From positions 9,238,001 through 9,302,000 of the forward strand of contig JBHGNT010000014.1 in the NCBI GenBank assembly GCA_043228905.1: a DNA stretch of 64,000 bases, in the 5' to 3' direction. Under the pieces are notes generated by a model. It ran no database searches. It was not told the origin of the DNA and saw nothing but the letters and a program-made list of their open reading frames with translations. This stretch comes from Azolla caroliniana. Its lineage: Eukaryota; Plantae; Polypodiophyta. Shown here in pieces: positions 48,600 through 62,160 of this stretch. The translations under genes and the position numbers were made by a program. How positions within the stretch are numbered: the first letter of the stretch is position 1; each line of letters starts with the position of its first letter.

Positions 48600-50640
48600 T
48601 GAAGACATATTTGTAAATATGTTTTGAGTAAGCCTCTTAAGGCTATATTTGTAAATAGCCCTAAGTTCATATAAGTATAAATATGACTTAGGGCAATCAC
48701 TTTTGTGTGTTGTCATATGAAATAACTGTTGTATAGACAGAGAGTGAGAGAGAGCAAGAGAGTAGCTACAAGCACTTTCTGTTGTAACCGTCGTCTTGCA
48801 AAGATCGCGAGCATGAGGGCATTGCCTCTGTGCCCCCACTTTGTATTTCCTCTCACATAGTGATATTTGGAGTCCGTGAGCTCCCGTGGTTTTTTCCCTA
48901 TTAGGGTTTTCCACGTAAACATCCTATGTCATCTCTATTTGAGTTTGTTTTCTTCCATTCGTTGTTTAAGTCTCTGTTGTGGCCGAGCGCTATTTTTCTC
49001 ACAATCTAGTATTAGTGTGAACAACACAGGAAATGGAAGAATCATTAGGTGGAATGTTCAAGATCACCGGCTCCAACTACTTAGTGTGGAAGTCAAAGAT
49101 GAGGGATATGCTGGTGGTTAAAGATCTTTGGTTGCCGGTTCAGTTCGGGGACAAGAAACCGGATAAGATCGATGCGGCGACATAGGAGGTGATGTAGATG
49201 AAGATGACGATGTACATCCGGTGCTTCATCGACATGAGTTTGTACAACAACTTCAATGAAGAGAGCAAGGCTCACGAACTCTGGGAGAAGATCGACATCA
49301 TGTTCCAGAAAAAGAATGTTGCTAATTGGGTTTTAGTATTCCGGAAGCTAGTAAGGCCCCGATACTAGGACGACTCCAGTATGGCGGAGCACATGAATGC
49401 CTTCCAAGGGTTAATACACCAAGCAACCTCGTTGGAAGTACCTCTCGCCGATAAGGTGCTCACATTGCTCCTGTTGGGTTCCCTCCCGGATAGTTGGGAG
49501 ACGCTAGTTGTCACGTTGGGCAACGCCGGGCCGGAACGAAAACAGTTGTCCCTTGCAAGGGTAAAATCTAGCTTGCTAGATGAAGAAGCTCGCCGGAAGG
49601 ATCGGGAGTCTGAAACCAATCCGAAGGCCTTGGTTACCGAAGATGACCACAACTGGGAAAGAGGCCGGTATCGGAGTCCCCAAAACTGGGACAAATTGGG
49701 AATGAGGTCGAAGTCAAGGGGCAGGCCTACTTGCTTCAATTGTGGGAAGCCGGGGCACTTCTAGAAGAATTGTCGGCATTTCTGAAAAGAGAAAGAAACC
49801 GACACTATCGATTCTAAGTAGAGTTCGGACCCAAATGGCTTGGACCGTAGAGGTCCGGATCGGAAAGGAACGTCGACGATCGCGATAAGTGAAGAAGCAC
49901 TAATGCTCATTATCGAGGAGAATGAGTTAAATCTTGTTGGCGACGAGACAATGTGGGTTGTCAATTCCGGAGCGTCTTTCCACTTGACACCGGACCGAAG
50001 ATGCTTCTCATCCTACGCAGTCGGAGATCACGGTTGTGTCCGTATGGGGAATGAAGGTACATACCGAATTGTCGACATAGGAGATGTGTCGTTGACGATA
50101 TCAACCGGATGCAAGTTGCTACTGAAGGATGTCCGACACGTTCCAGAGGTTCGCCTAAACCTGATATCAGCCGGTCGGCTAGATGATGAAGGCTACACGG
50201 GTAGCATCTGGAATGGAGTTATGAAGTTCAGCAAAGGGAGCCTAATAGTAGCTCGAGCCCGGAAGGTCAACACACTGTACTGGATGAATGCTTGGATATG
50301 CCGGGAAGAAGTGAACGTAGCATCCAACATTGCCGGTAAGCTGTGGCACAAGACACTGTGTCATATGAGCCAGAAGGGCATGAAGACACTTGCCGAAGAC
50401 AATCTCATTCCGGTGAAGGACGTGCAACTTGAGAAGTGCATTGAGTGCTTGGCCGGCTAGCAAAACCGGACCTCCTTCCGGTGAAGACCACAGATGAGAC
50501 GGAATGCACCACTGGAGCTGGTGCATACCGATGTGTGTCAAGTGGACACGAAGTCACATGCCGGATCGCAGTACTTCGTGATGTTCATAGATGACCACAA
50601 CTTCCAGCTGTGGGTCTCACAACTGAAGACGAAGGAACAA
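48600..50640 (+). mobile_element. Degenerate Ty1/Copia element (5' LTR ~48600-49003, gag from 49032, PR, integrase start), 3'-truncated
   Basis: TGAAGAC start; decayed PBS tagtatta; NYLVWKSKM, LLGSLPDSWE, CFNCGKPGH, WVVNSGASFH, LELVHTDVC. Confidence 0.85.
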
Positions 50641-51277
50641 TCGCGATTTTCGGAAAATGATGTGCTAACCTTGAAGGATCTTCCCGGGGAAGTATACGAG
50701 CTCGGTGCCATTTTCCAGCACGACACGGTGTACGAACTCATCAACTTCCTAGCTCGTCTCCAACTCGCAGCCCCAGCCCGCATGACCCAAGAACACGCCG
50801 ATCAACAACTGATCGAAAGTGCATTAGATAACGACTAGGCTTCGGACGATGAACCGAAATTACGGAAGATAACATTTGCTTGCTACTCGCAAGACTAGAA
50901 TATTATTTGCGAGTGAACTTGTTTTTTCACGTAATACACTTTCTTGACCATATCAATACATGTTGGGTTGGCATTCTAATATAAGGCTAACTAAGAAACT
51001 ACATTGATGTTAGAACCATGGTTGAGCCTCGGGGAGCCGCCATGATTATTCAAGATAGAGATCCGAGAAAGAGATCTTAGCTATGTTTTCCCCCATGGTT
51101 TTTAAAACACCATAGTGTTACCATAGTTATCATATCTTGAATCACATCTCATATTTCTAGAGGAGTAAAGACGTGAGATGCTTTCTTGGTAATGTTCTTA
51201 CAATAAAAATTTCAAGCATTCATTTTGCTTGTGTATTTTCTAAACCTCATTTATATTGCATACCCACAGCTTGCATC

Positions 51278-54200
51278 ATGGAACAAGTTTTGAACGTTGT
51301 TGGAGCAATCTCTCCGACCGAGACCTCTCAATTGCAATCCGCATCTCGCACACAAGCTGAGATCACTATTGAGCAATTGCTCACTACTACGTTGAATCAA
51401 TTGGCCGAAATGAGGCAGGCCAATATGGCATTGGAAAAGAAATTCCAAGAATTGACTATTGAGTCCAAGAAAGAAGGTGAGCCTTCTTTTGTAGTAATAC
51501 CATTCGAGGGGGATAAGAAAGAAAGAACCGAGGAGGCCATTAACACTTGGCTTGGTTGTTGGGAGTTTCACTTTGAGCTCCACCCCAAGCCTGATGCTGT
51601 AAAAATTGGTTATGTCGGTTGTGAGTTAGGTGGCCGAGCTGCTGCTTGCTGGCACGGCCTAAGGACAACAAAGAACTTACCCACAACTTGGGAAGGTTTC
51701 GTTCATATTTTTAAGAAACAGTTTTTGCAGCCACCTTCTCAAACTGAACAAGTGCAACACTTGCTCACATTGCTGAGTAAGCCATTTACCTCTCTCGAGG
51801 ATTATGTGCATCATGCTCAAACCCAAATCCAAAAATCGAGACTTAGGGGTGAGAAATGGTTTGTTGTGTGCTTTTTGAATGGTATTCCTAATGGGGATTA
51901 CCATTGGATTGTCCATGACAAGGACCCCACAACTTTTGAGGAAGCCGTCAACATTGTACTTCGGTACCATAGGACTTCCAAGAAAGACCACAATAAACCC
52001 GAGTTCGCCAAAACTCCGAATGTCAAGTTCATTGGGAAACGTAAGCAATCCAATGACACTCTTGACCACGACTCCAAGAAACCTAACCTCTTCTGTGCAT
52101 ATTGCAAGAAACGAGGCCACACAAAGGATACCTATCGTCGTCTTGAGAGGAAGTCAATAACCACCCCTCCTCAAGACAAATCTATGAGTCACACAGGTGA
52201 ATCTTTTGATGTTGTTAAAGTTCATAACAACCACTTAAGTTCATGTGAATGCACTTTTCCTTCACATTTACTTGGACCTAATGATTTACTCCGAGCAGTA
52301 GGGTATATCAATGGAACACAAACACATTTGTTGTTTGATTTCGGTAGTTCTCACAATTTTCTTAATGATCACTTTGTGCAGCAAATGGAACTCCACATAA
52401 ACTCAAGTGATCATATCTATCAAGTTCACATGGCAAATGGAAGCCTTGAATACATCAGTGGCATTGTTTTTCAACTGCCAATTCAAATAGATACGTATTT
52501 GGAGAAGCTTGACTTTCATGTTATGAAACTACAATCCGTAGATGTCATTTTAGGATACCCTTGGGTTTTTAATAAAAACCCTTCTTTGTCCATTGATTGG
52601 GTTAATCACTCAATGACATTTGAACTTAATAATTGTAAACATTTTATTCAATGTTCCAAACTTCCTTCTCGTTCACTTGTGTCTTCTAAATCTTTAAGTG
52701 AGTATTCTAGTTTATTAATTTATTCGTGTGTAATTGATCTTGGGCTTCAATTTTATTATTTTAATATTGACCCCACACCATTACCACATTATGAACAACG
52801 ATTGCTCGACTCTATTTTAGATGATTTTCAAGACGTGGTTCCTAACGAATTGTTGCTTACTTTACCACCAAAACATAATGTGGACCATCAAATTGAACTC
52901 ATCCCCGATGCTGCTCCTGTGAGCATTCCAGCTTACCGACTTAGTCGATTAGAAGAGGATGAGATATCTAAACAACTTAATGAATACTTGAGTATGGGCC
53001 ACATTAGGTATAGTAAATCACCTTGGGGTGCGCCAGTTCTATTAGTAAAGAAGAAGGAAGGTTCATGGCGGATGTGTATCAGTTATCACCGTTTGAATAA
53101 AATGATTTGATTGATCGTTTGCATGGGGCTCGATATTTTACGAAAATTGACTTACGAACATGTTATTATCAAATTCACATTGTCGAGGATGATATTCCTA
53201 AAACCTCTTGTTGTACGCGCTATGGCCATTATGAGTTTTTAGTCATGCCTTTTGGGTTGACTAATTCTCCAGCCACATTCCAACAAGCGATGAATGAAGT
53301 TTTCGAAATCAACTTGGTGATTTTGTTCTCATCTTCTTGGATGATATTTTTATATATAGTCGTACCTTGCAAGATCATGTTCAACATGTTCGATTTGTTT
53401 TGCGAAAGTTGTGTGACAACTCTTTCTATGCAAAACATTCAAAATGTGATTTTTTCCATAAATCTATTGTGTACCTAGGTCATTGAATTACGAAAAATGG
53501 TGTTGAAATTAAACCTTCTGGTATTGAAAAGGTTAAACTTTGGCCAATTCCTCGTAATATTCATGAACTGCGATCATTCTTAGGGATTGTTAGTTTACCT
53601 CGTACACAGAATGGTCATGATGCCATTTGGGTTGTCATTGACAGACTAACAAAATTGGCTAGATTTATTCCTACTAAAACCATGGTAACCGCTCAACAAT
53701 TGCCTTATCAATTTGTTGATGAGTTATTTCACTTTTATGGATTACCGATGGGTATTGTTAGTGATCCAGATTCCAAGTTTACTAGTGACTTGTGGACTCA
53801 AGTCTTTAAGAAACTAAAAACTACGTTGAGCATGAGTTCCGCAGATCATCCTCAGTTTGATGGACAAACTGAACAAGTTAATCAAATTATTGAGGACATG
53901 CTTCGAGCTTATGTTGCAAATACCTTCCTTTCTTAGAATTTGCCTATAATAGCTCTAAACATACATCCATTGGATATAGTCCTTTTATGTTGATGTATGG
54001 TTTTCAGCCATGTGCCCTAGTTGATGTCACGATTCATTGTGATACATTAGACAATACACGCAATTTTTTGCAAGACATGAACCAAATGTTGCATATTGCC
54101 AAAGAGAATGTCAAGACGGCTCAAGATCGTGCTCGATTTTATGCTGATCAGGATAGACATCCTCATGCATTTACTACTGGTACAAAAAAAAATTTGCATG

Positions 54201-55096
54201 TCCCTACTGACTCTATGTCATTCTCTATGGGCAAGTGTGCTAAGTTAGCCCCACGATATTGTGGCCCATTTGAAATCCTTAAGGAGGTTGGGTCATCTGC
54301 TTATCACCTTGCCTTACCCCGTAACGTTGGTATTCATCCTGTTTTTCACGTCAATCGTCTAAAACCATTTTTAGGCTTTGGTGATAACACCATCACAATC
54401 CAAGATCTTGTAACATTAGAGGATTTTTCTTACAAACCTCATGTTCCTGAACGAATTCTTGATTCTCCTACTAAACGTTTACGTTCTAAAGAGATTCGGC
54501 TATTCAAGATCAACTGGATGGATAAACCTATTGATGATGCCACATGGGAATGCGAGCATACTCTTAAGGCACAATTTCCTCACTTTATATTGCAAGTGTG
54601 CAATCTTTTGAAGTAGGGGAGTATGTTATGTACACATAACGTTGGTGAGGGTAGGTCACTAATATTTACATTAGTGAAGGGTATGTTCACTAATGTTAAA
54701 AAGAGGACTAATGATTGGATAGATGGAATGATATGTGCATGCACTATCATGATTTGGACAACCAATGAATGGAGAGCCTTTTAGAAAGGTACATCTATTC
54801 TAGGGGCCTAGGAAAAGGTATAAATATGAGGCTTAGCTACCCTCATAAGGACATTACGTCGGAAGGTTGTTGTCTTAGACACCGATGGTGTAGGCTAGGC
54901 TTTTGTCTCGACGATCGTGTTTATCTCTTCCAAGGTATTAGTCATCCTAATATCCGGCGGTGTGGGACGTCGGTGGTAGGTTGGCTATGTGTAGATCATA
55001 GCTCAGGGGTGGTTGGGTGGGACGGGTTCTTCTATCCATTCTATTTTCCATCTTTTACTTTAGTTTGGTCTATTGATTAGTGATAAACTCTTAACA
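51278..55096 (+). mobile_element. Degenerate Gypsy chromovirus (single gag-pol frame) with 3' LTR 54624-55096; RNase H deleted; 5' LTR not seen
   Basis: CAYCKKRGH; LFDFGSSHNF; [14 protein letters not shown]; YCGPF; chromodomain-like PERILD...INW...DATWE; PPT AAGTAGGGGAGTA; TGTTA...TAACA. Confidence 0.88.
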
Positions 55097-55734
55097 GTGG
55101 TGTGTGTGTGTGTGTGTATGTTCCATACATCATATATGTTTGGATGTGGTATGCATGTGTGTTGTTTGTTATGTTTGTATGTGATATGCATGTGTGTTGT
55201 GTGTTGTTTGTTATGCTTGTGTGTGTGTATGTATGCATGTGTGTATGTGTGTTATGTGTGTGTGTGTGTGTGTGTGTATGTACATATTGTGTTATGTGTG
55301 TAGATGTGTATGTATGTATGTGTTATACGTGTATATAGGTATTGTATGGATTATATTGCATATCTATATAGGTATGTGTGTATGTATGTACATATTGTAT
55401 TGTATTTTATTTAATTGCATTGTGTGTGTGTGTGTATGTATGTACATATTGTATTGTATTTTATTTAATTGCATTGTGTGTGTGTGTGTGTATGTATGTA
55501 CATATTGTGTTATGTGTGTATATGTGTATGTATGTATGTGTTATATGTGTATATAGGTATTGTATGGATTGTATTACATGTGTATATAGGTATGTGTGTA
55601 TTATGTACATATTTTATTTTATTTTATTTACTTGCATTTATTGTATGTATAGGATGTTATGGTGTGTGTGTGTATGTTTGTTCCATATAACATATATATG
55701 TGTCCATATGTGTATGTATATTCTACACACACAC

Positions 55735-55785
<51 letters not shown>

Positions 55786-55971
55786 TTATGTATGTATTGT
55801 ATTGTATTCCATGTGTATGTATGTATGTGTGTACATATTGTATTGTATATAAGTGTTATATGTGTAAATGTGTATGTATGTAAGTGTATATATTTGTATA
55901 TAGGTATGTGTGTATGTATGTACATATTGTATTCTATTGTATGTATGGCCTGTGTGTATGATTGTATATGT

Positions 55972-56022
<51 letters not shown>

Positions 56023-57222
56023 ATGTATGTATGTATACATGTACATGTGCGTGCGTGCGTGTGTCTATGAATTTATGTGTTGGTGTATGTATGTGTGCAT
56101 TATATATGTATGATGTTTGTACTTATGTGTACTTGTAAAATATTTTTAGTTTAGTTGTGGCAACGCAGACAGAGAATAATGGTGAGCAAAAGCGGCACGA
56201 CAAGGCCACAGTCCTCGACAAATCGAGACCCAAGGCGGCAAAACGAGGACAAAAGCAACTAGGGGAGAAGAGGCGATAGTGGCAATGAGGAGAGAAGAGG
56301 AGGAAGCAAAGGAGGAGGCAAAAATCTAAATTAACAAAACATGAATGTTTGAATGTTATGTTTAGTATGAATGTATGTTATGTATGAATGTGCACGTAAT
56401 GTATGCATGTATGAATGAATGAATATATATATGTAATGTATGCTTGCCTGAATAAACATGAATGAATGAATATATGAATCTACATATGTAATATGTAATG
56501 TATGTATATTTGTATGTGTGTGTGGATATTTGTTTGTAATATGTATGTATGTGTATGTATAATATATAAACAAACATATATACATATATATGTATGTATG
56601 TATGTATGTATGTGTATGTACATGTAGCAATGTATAAAAGACTATACATATGTCCATGTACGAATGTACATACGTGTGCATATGTCATGTATGTAATGTA
56701 TGTATGTTGTGTATGCATATATGCATATGCAGATGTACATGATTCAATGTGTATGGATGTGTGATTGTAATATGTGCATAATATCTATGTATATATATGT
56801 GTATGTATATGTAGCAATGTATAAATGAGTATATGTATGTCTATGTACAAATGTACATATGTGTATGCATATATCCATATGTAAGGTATGTGTATGTATA
56901 AAAGAATATATGTAGGTGTGTGTGTGTGTGTGTGTATTTATGCATATGTAATGTATATATATATATATATATATGTAATGTATGTATGTGTATGATTATA
57001 TATGACAATGTACATGATTCAATGTATATGAATGTGTGATTGTAATATATGCATATGCAATGTATGTACATTGTATGTACATGCATGAATGTACATGTGT
57101 ATATATGTAATATGTAATGTAATTATGTATGTATGTTTATATGTGTAACAGTGTATGCATATATGCATACATGAGTGTGTAGATGTTTGTTTGTAATATT
57201 TATGTATGTGTATGTATATATG
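55097..57222. repeat. Compound (TG)n/(TA)n/(TATG)n microsatellite field with a ~190-bp complex island at 56150-56340
   Basis: Directly visible low-complexity sequence. Confidence 0.95.
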
Positions 57223-60200
57223 TGTCAGAGCCAAAGTTAGGAACGAGTTTTAAAATGAAGAAGAGAATGAGAAGCGAAAAATATGAGCGAGATAATAAGA
57301 ATTTGATAATGTATTAACAACGAGAGCAATGTTTACAAGAATATGCCGAAGACTGGCGTTGAACCAAAATGGTTCATCAATAGTCAAATACATGTTTATA
57401 TAGCATGGTTTGGCTATGTGCATGCTCGCCACCTCATAGGCACGCATGATCGCCACTTGCCAATTATGCAAGCATGCCCATTGGCAATCATGTGTTAGCC
57501 TATGCAAGGCGGCGACATTTCAATAATAATATTATTTGTATTTCCTATTGATATAATAGAATTTATTATTTAATATATACAATATGATGTATCCTAATGG
57601 ATGGGGTTGTATGCCTTCTTTCAGGAGGTCATGGGTTCTAATCACCATAAAGCTTATTGGGTTTGGTATACACATGACACCATTCCCCTCCTTTGACGAC
57701 GAGTTCTACGAGTCGTAATGCATGAATTCGGACTTGGCTTATCTGGATGTTGGCAACGAAATTCAGCCACCAAGTTAGAGGCATTATCAAGGTTCTCAGT
57801 TGGCTCCTAGGTACAATCATTTGGTGTATATCCTAACAAATCCACGAGATAATAAAGGTTTTTACGTATTATCTTGGAGTCCAAAATAGCTTTAACTTCA
57901 AATTCTGGGCCATCATCATGTTGAACTGGAGGTGGGGGTAAAACAACCCGATTTGGAATGGAACTACCAATGTAGGGTTCCAACAATGAAACATGAAATA
58001 CCGGATGTAGATGCATCTGTGGAGTAGATCAAGGTGGAATGCAACATCATTAATCTAATTGGAGATAATGAATGGACCAAGTCGTTGATAATCCAACTTG
58101 TCACAAGGTATAGTAGTCTTCACATTACGTCGTAGTAACCAGACCCGAACCCCAATTCGAAACTTCGGTTCCTTTGGTGAAGAGTCGAGACAGTGACAAT
58201 CTGTGGCTTTTTTTTGTGTGTGTCTTGAGCAGTTTGCAAATGTTGAGAAAGTGCAACATGCACATCTTGGAGTTGACGCAAACGATCTTCAAGAACATGA
58301 TTTTTTGAGATTTCTGGATGTGCCATCATTGTCCAACAATGATGATATCCTATGTTTGCAAAAAATGGAGTATACCCTGTTGAGGAATGAACTGAATTAT
58401 TGTATGTAAACTCTGCAAAGTGCAAAAAATCCACCCAATCATCCTGTTGGTAATTGATGAAACACCGAAGATATTGCTCTAATGTTTGATTCGTCCGCTC
58501 GGTTTGACCGTCACTTTGTGGATGATAGCTTGACGAAATTTTACAGGAAATTTTGAGCATCTCAAGGAAGTGTTTCTAGAATTTTGAGATGAATTGTGGG
58601 CCACGATCACTAATGATGTCATTTGGAAGACTGTGAAGCCGAAATACTTCTTTCATAATGATGTCTACAGTTTCTTTACTGTTGATGGTTTTCGTGCATG
58701 GAAGAAAATGCGCCATCTTTGTGAATCGATCTACTATAGTGAGAATAACATCAAAACTCTTCGAAATTGGAAGACCTGTAATAAAATCAATCGAGATGGA
58801 TTTCCACAGACCAATAGGAACTGGCAATGGTTGTAATAACCCATATGGTCGATGCCGTGGAATCTTTGACCGACAACACACATCACAACTACGAACATAA
58901 TCTTCAACAAACACTCGAAGGTGAGGCCACCAATAGTTTCGAGAAACTAGCTCCAAGTTTTGTGGATTCCAAACTGCCTGGCCATTGGGTTGTCGTGACA
59001 ATATTGCATTACTTGAAGTCGAGATGAACCATTTGGGACATACAAAAGAGTGTTGCGAAAAAGTAAACCATTATCCCATTTAAATTGGTTATAACCTTTA
59101 CGAGGATTCTTGGAGCTTGACGAAGAAGCGCGATCTGAAATTATCTGATTCAACACATCTTGAGCAAATTCATCAGAAATGATATTTGTTCGGATTGAAT
59201 CAAGAAGACTAGAATCTTCAAATGCTTGAGAGGCATTAATAGTTAATAGTCGTAACCGATTAGACCCCAAGATGATTTGTTTTTTATGATCAAATGTGGG
59301 CTCTCCTCATTGTGGAGCCAAATAAGATCGTCGTGAGAGAGCATCTGCCTTTCCTTGTTGTACTCTTGAGCGATATGTGATGACGAAGTCAAAATGCGTT
59401 AGAAACTGTGCCCAACGAGCTTGGCGGCAACTCAAGACTCTAGCACTTTGAAAGTATGTGAGGTTTTTATGATCATTGTAAACAATGATTTGGTGGGGAG
59501 AACCTTCTAAGAAATGACTCAACTATTCAAACACCTCTATAATGGCTAGAAGCTCTTTGTCATGAATCTCCTAATTGATCTCTGCGGCTTCAAATTTGTG
59601 TGAATGGAAAGCAATTGGATGTAGCTTCCCATCATCTCCTGTCTGTGACAAGATACTTACTAGTGCAAAATCAGACGCATCCACCTCAATGATAAACGGT
59701 TTTTCAAGGTCAACATGAAGTAGAATTGGAGCAGAAGATAATGCACTCTTTAGGCTTTCAAAAGCTTTGGTTGCACTAGAACTCCATGTGAATGACTTGT
59801 TCTTTCGTGTAAGCTCTGTGAGAGGCATCACAATGTTTGAATAATTCTTGATAAATTTGCGGTAAAAATTCACAAATCCTAAGAAACATTGAACAACACG
59901 CACTAAACGAGGTGGTTGTCAGTTTAGAATTGTGTGAACCTTAGATGGATCCATAGATATACCTTGTTGTGAAACCGCATACCCCAGAAACTCCATGTGG
60001 TTTTGATCAAAGCTACATTTCTCAAGTTTGGCATAGAGGCCATATTCTCGTAGGCGTTGGAAGACTTGGCAGACATGTATGTCATGCTCTTCTTGAGTTT
60101 TCGAGTAGATCAAGATTTCATCAAGATATACTATGGTGAATGAATCCAAAAAATCGTGGAAAATATCATTCGCCATGTGTTGAAAAACCGCGGGTGCATT

Positions 60201-62160
60201 CGTGAGACCAAAAGGCATAACTGTGTACTCGAAATGTCCATATCGAGTACGGAATGTTGTCTTCCATTCATCTCCTGGACGTATCCGAACAAGGTTATAT
60301 GCACCTCGAAGATCTAGCTTCGTGAAAACTTTCGCTCCACTAAGACGCTATAGTAAACTCGAAATCAAGGGTAGAGCATATCTATTTCGAACCTCGATTT
60401 TGTTTAGCATATCTATTTCCGAGGTTGTAGATCGATAGGACAATCATAAGGTCGATGGTCTGGGAGAGAACTAACTTTAGCTTTGTTGAAGATGTCTTCA
60501 AAATCCAAGTACTTGGTAGGGAGGGGAGTACCTGCCCCTTGTGAGCTAGAGGATGGGTTTGCTATTACTGCAAAGACAAACATTTCATTTTTTTGCCCGT
60601 CTTCTCGTAATTTTTGTAGAGAGATGGGCGAGATTTGGTGAGGTTTTGAATCTTGGTTGGTAGTAACAAGGCAGCTGGATTCAGGTTTCTGTTGGATATC
60701 ATTGATTGTTTGATTTCTCCAGTCAATTTCAGGATTATGAAGTTCAAACCAAGGCAAACCAATGATAACCGGATGCTCAAGGCTACTAATTATATTGAAG
60801 GAAATCATACAAGCAAAGCTACCAAGAACTACTTAAATTGGCTCAGATTCTTCAACTATATTCTCGGATGAAATAGGGTGACCATCAATGACTACAACAG
60901 ATGCAGGGCAAGGGAGGTTTTTCAATAGGATTTTCTCGGATAAAGAAAATTCTTTGTCCGTAAAACAAGAGTTGGCTCTTGAATCTAAGAGAGCAGAGGC
61001 AAGAACTCGATGACACCTAGAAGTGCTAAGCTCAACTTGTGTTGAAAAAACTCTGCTAACATGATTCGATAAAATGGAACCACTACTTGGGGTTGACTTT
61101 ATGTATTCAGGATTGTCCAACCAATGGCTTCGATTTTGGTTGGACTTATTCGTTTAATATTTCATCAAGTTGACTCAAGACTTCAAAACTATTGGACTGA
61201 CCATGACATGTGGGACTACTAGGGCTAGACGATTTAACTAGAAAATTGGAATGAAGATTCTCACTAATACTTACTTGATTTACTTGTCATTTTGGCCTAT
61301 GTGGGCATGTGATCATGATGTGTCCAGGACCACCACAATACAAACATAGATAGTTTGCTCGACGTCTTTGCTTCTCAGCTTTAGATAAAGGCCCTCAACG
61401 ACGTGTTACATCGATCTCCATTGGACTCGGACCACCTGATGGAATCAGGTGTGAAGTTTGGGTAGTGCTCGTAGGTGTCGAGGCTACTATCGAAGCATAT
61501 GTTTGATCCATTCTTGGTTGTGACATTAATTGACGCTCCGAACGTCGCTCGAATAAGTGGTTGTCACATCGCACTGCACGACTTATCGCTTTTGTAAGTG
61601 ATCTTCGATCTTCATGAAAAGGTAATAGCAAATCCTTTACAACATTTCTTAGTCCATAGAGAAATTGATCCATTAGGGCTTCTTCATCCCACGGAATATC
61701 ACAAGCTAGGAGGCAGAAATTTGTGGCATAGGCAGAGGCAGGACGGTCCCCTTGACGTAGTCCTCGAATCTTGTTAATCATTGTTCTAACACTATCAATG
61801 TCTCCAAAGTTTCCTTGAATTTCTCTAATAAAACCTTCGAATTCTTGGAGAAGAGGACACTTCTTTTCTAGCAGTGGTGCAAACCACGCTAATGCAGTTC
61901 CTGTTAAGAGGGTCCCAACTAGTCCAACTTGAGCTGCATCAGTCAGATACCAATTAGGGTGCATATGAATTACTAGACGTACTTGGTTTAGAAACCCTCG
62001 AAACTGTGATTGATTACCATCGAACTTCCGAGGTAAACAAATCTTCGGTTCTTTCGGAGAGGTTTATTGCGTTGAAGGTTGTTGATGAAGAGACCGCAAT
62101 GTTGTTTCGAGTTGCAATACACGTGTCGATAACTCATCATATTGTTGTGCCTTTTCTATG
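57223..62160 (-). mobile_element. Degenerate Tcn1-like chromovirus: 3' LTR 57223-57679, fragmented pol, gag ~62160-61146; interrupted by a Copia at 62161
   Basis: TGTCA...TGACA LTR; PPT; ORF fragments homologous to element 3015-8769 ([28 protein letters not shown]). Confidence 0.93.
57580..57650 (+). promoter_or_regulatory. tRNA-like Pol III module in a Tcn1-like LTR
   Basis: CAA + 7 nt + TATCCTAATGG (57590) ... AGGAGGTcatg GGTTCTAATC (57634); spacing 46 nt. Confidence 0.55.

Noticed and set aside
54624-55096. tRNA-like module in this Gypsy LTR and in the Copia LTRs at 48600 and 62161
   Set aside because: I looked on both strands and found no convincing A/B-box pair, so the module is not universal.
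55073-57234. Cys/Val/Tyr- and His/Thr-rich ORFs
   Set aside because: They are translations of TG/TA microsatellites.
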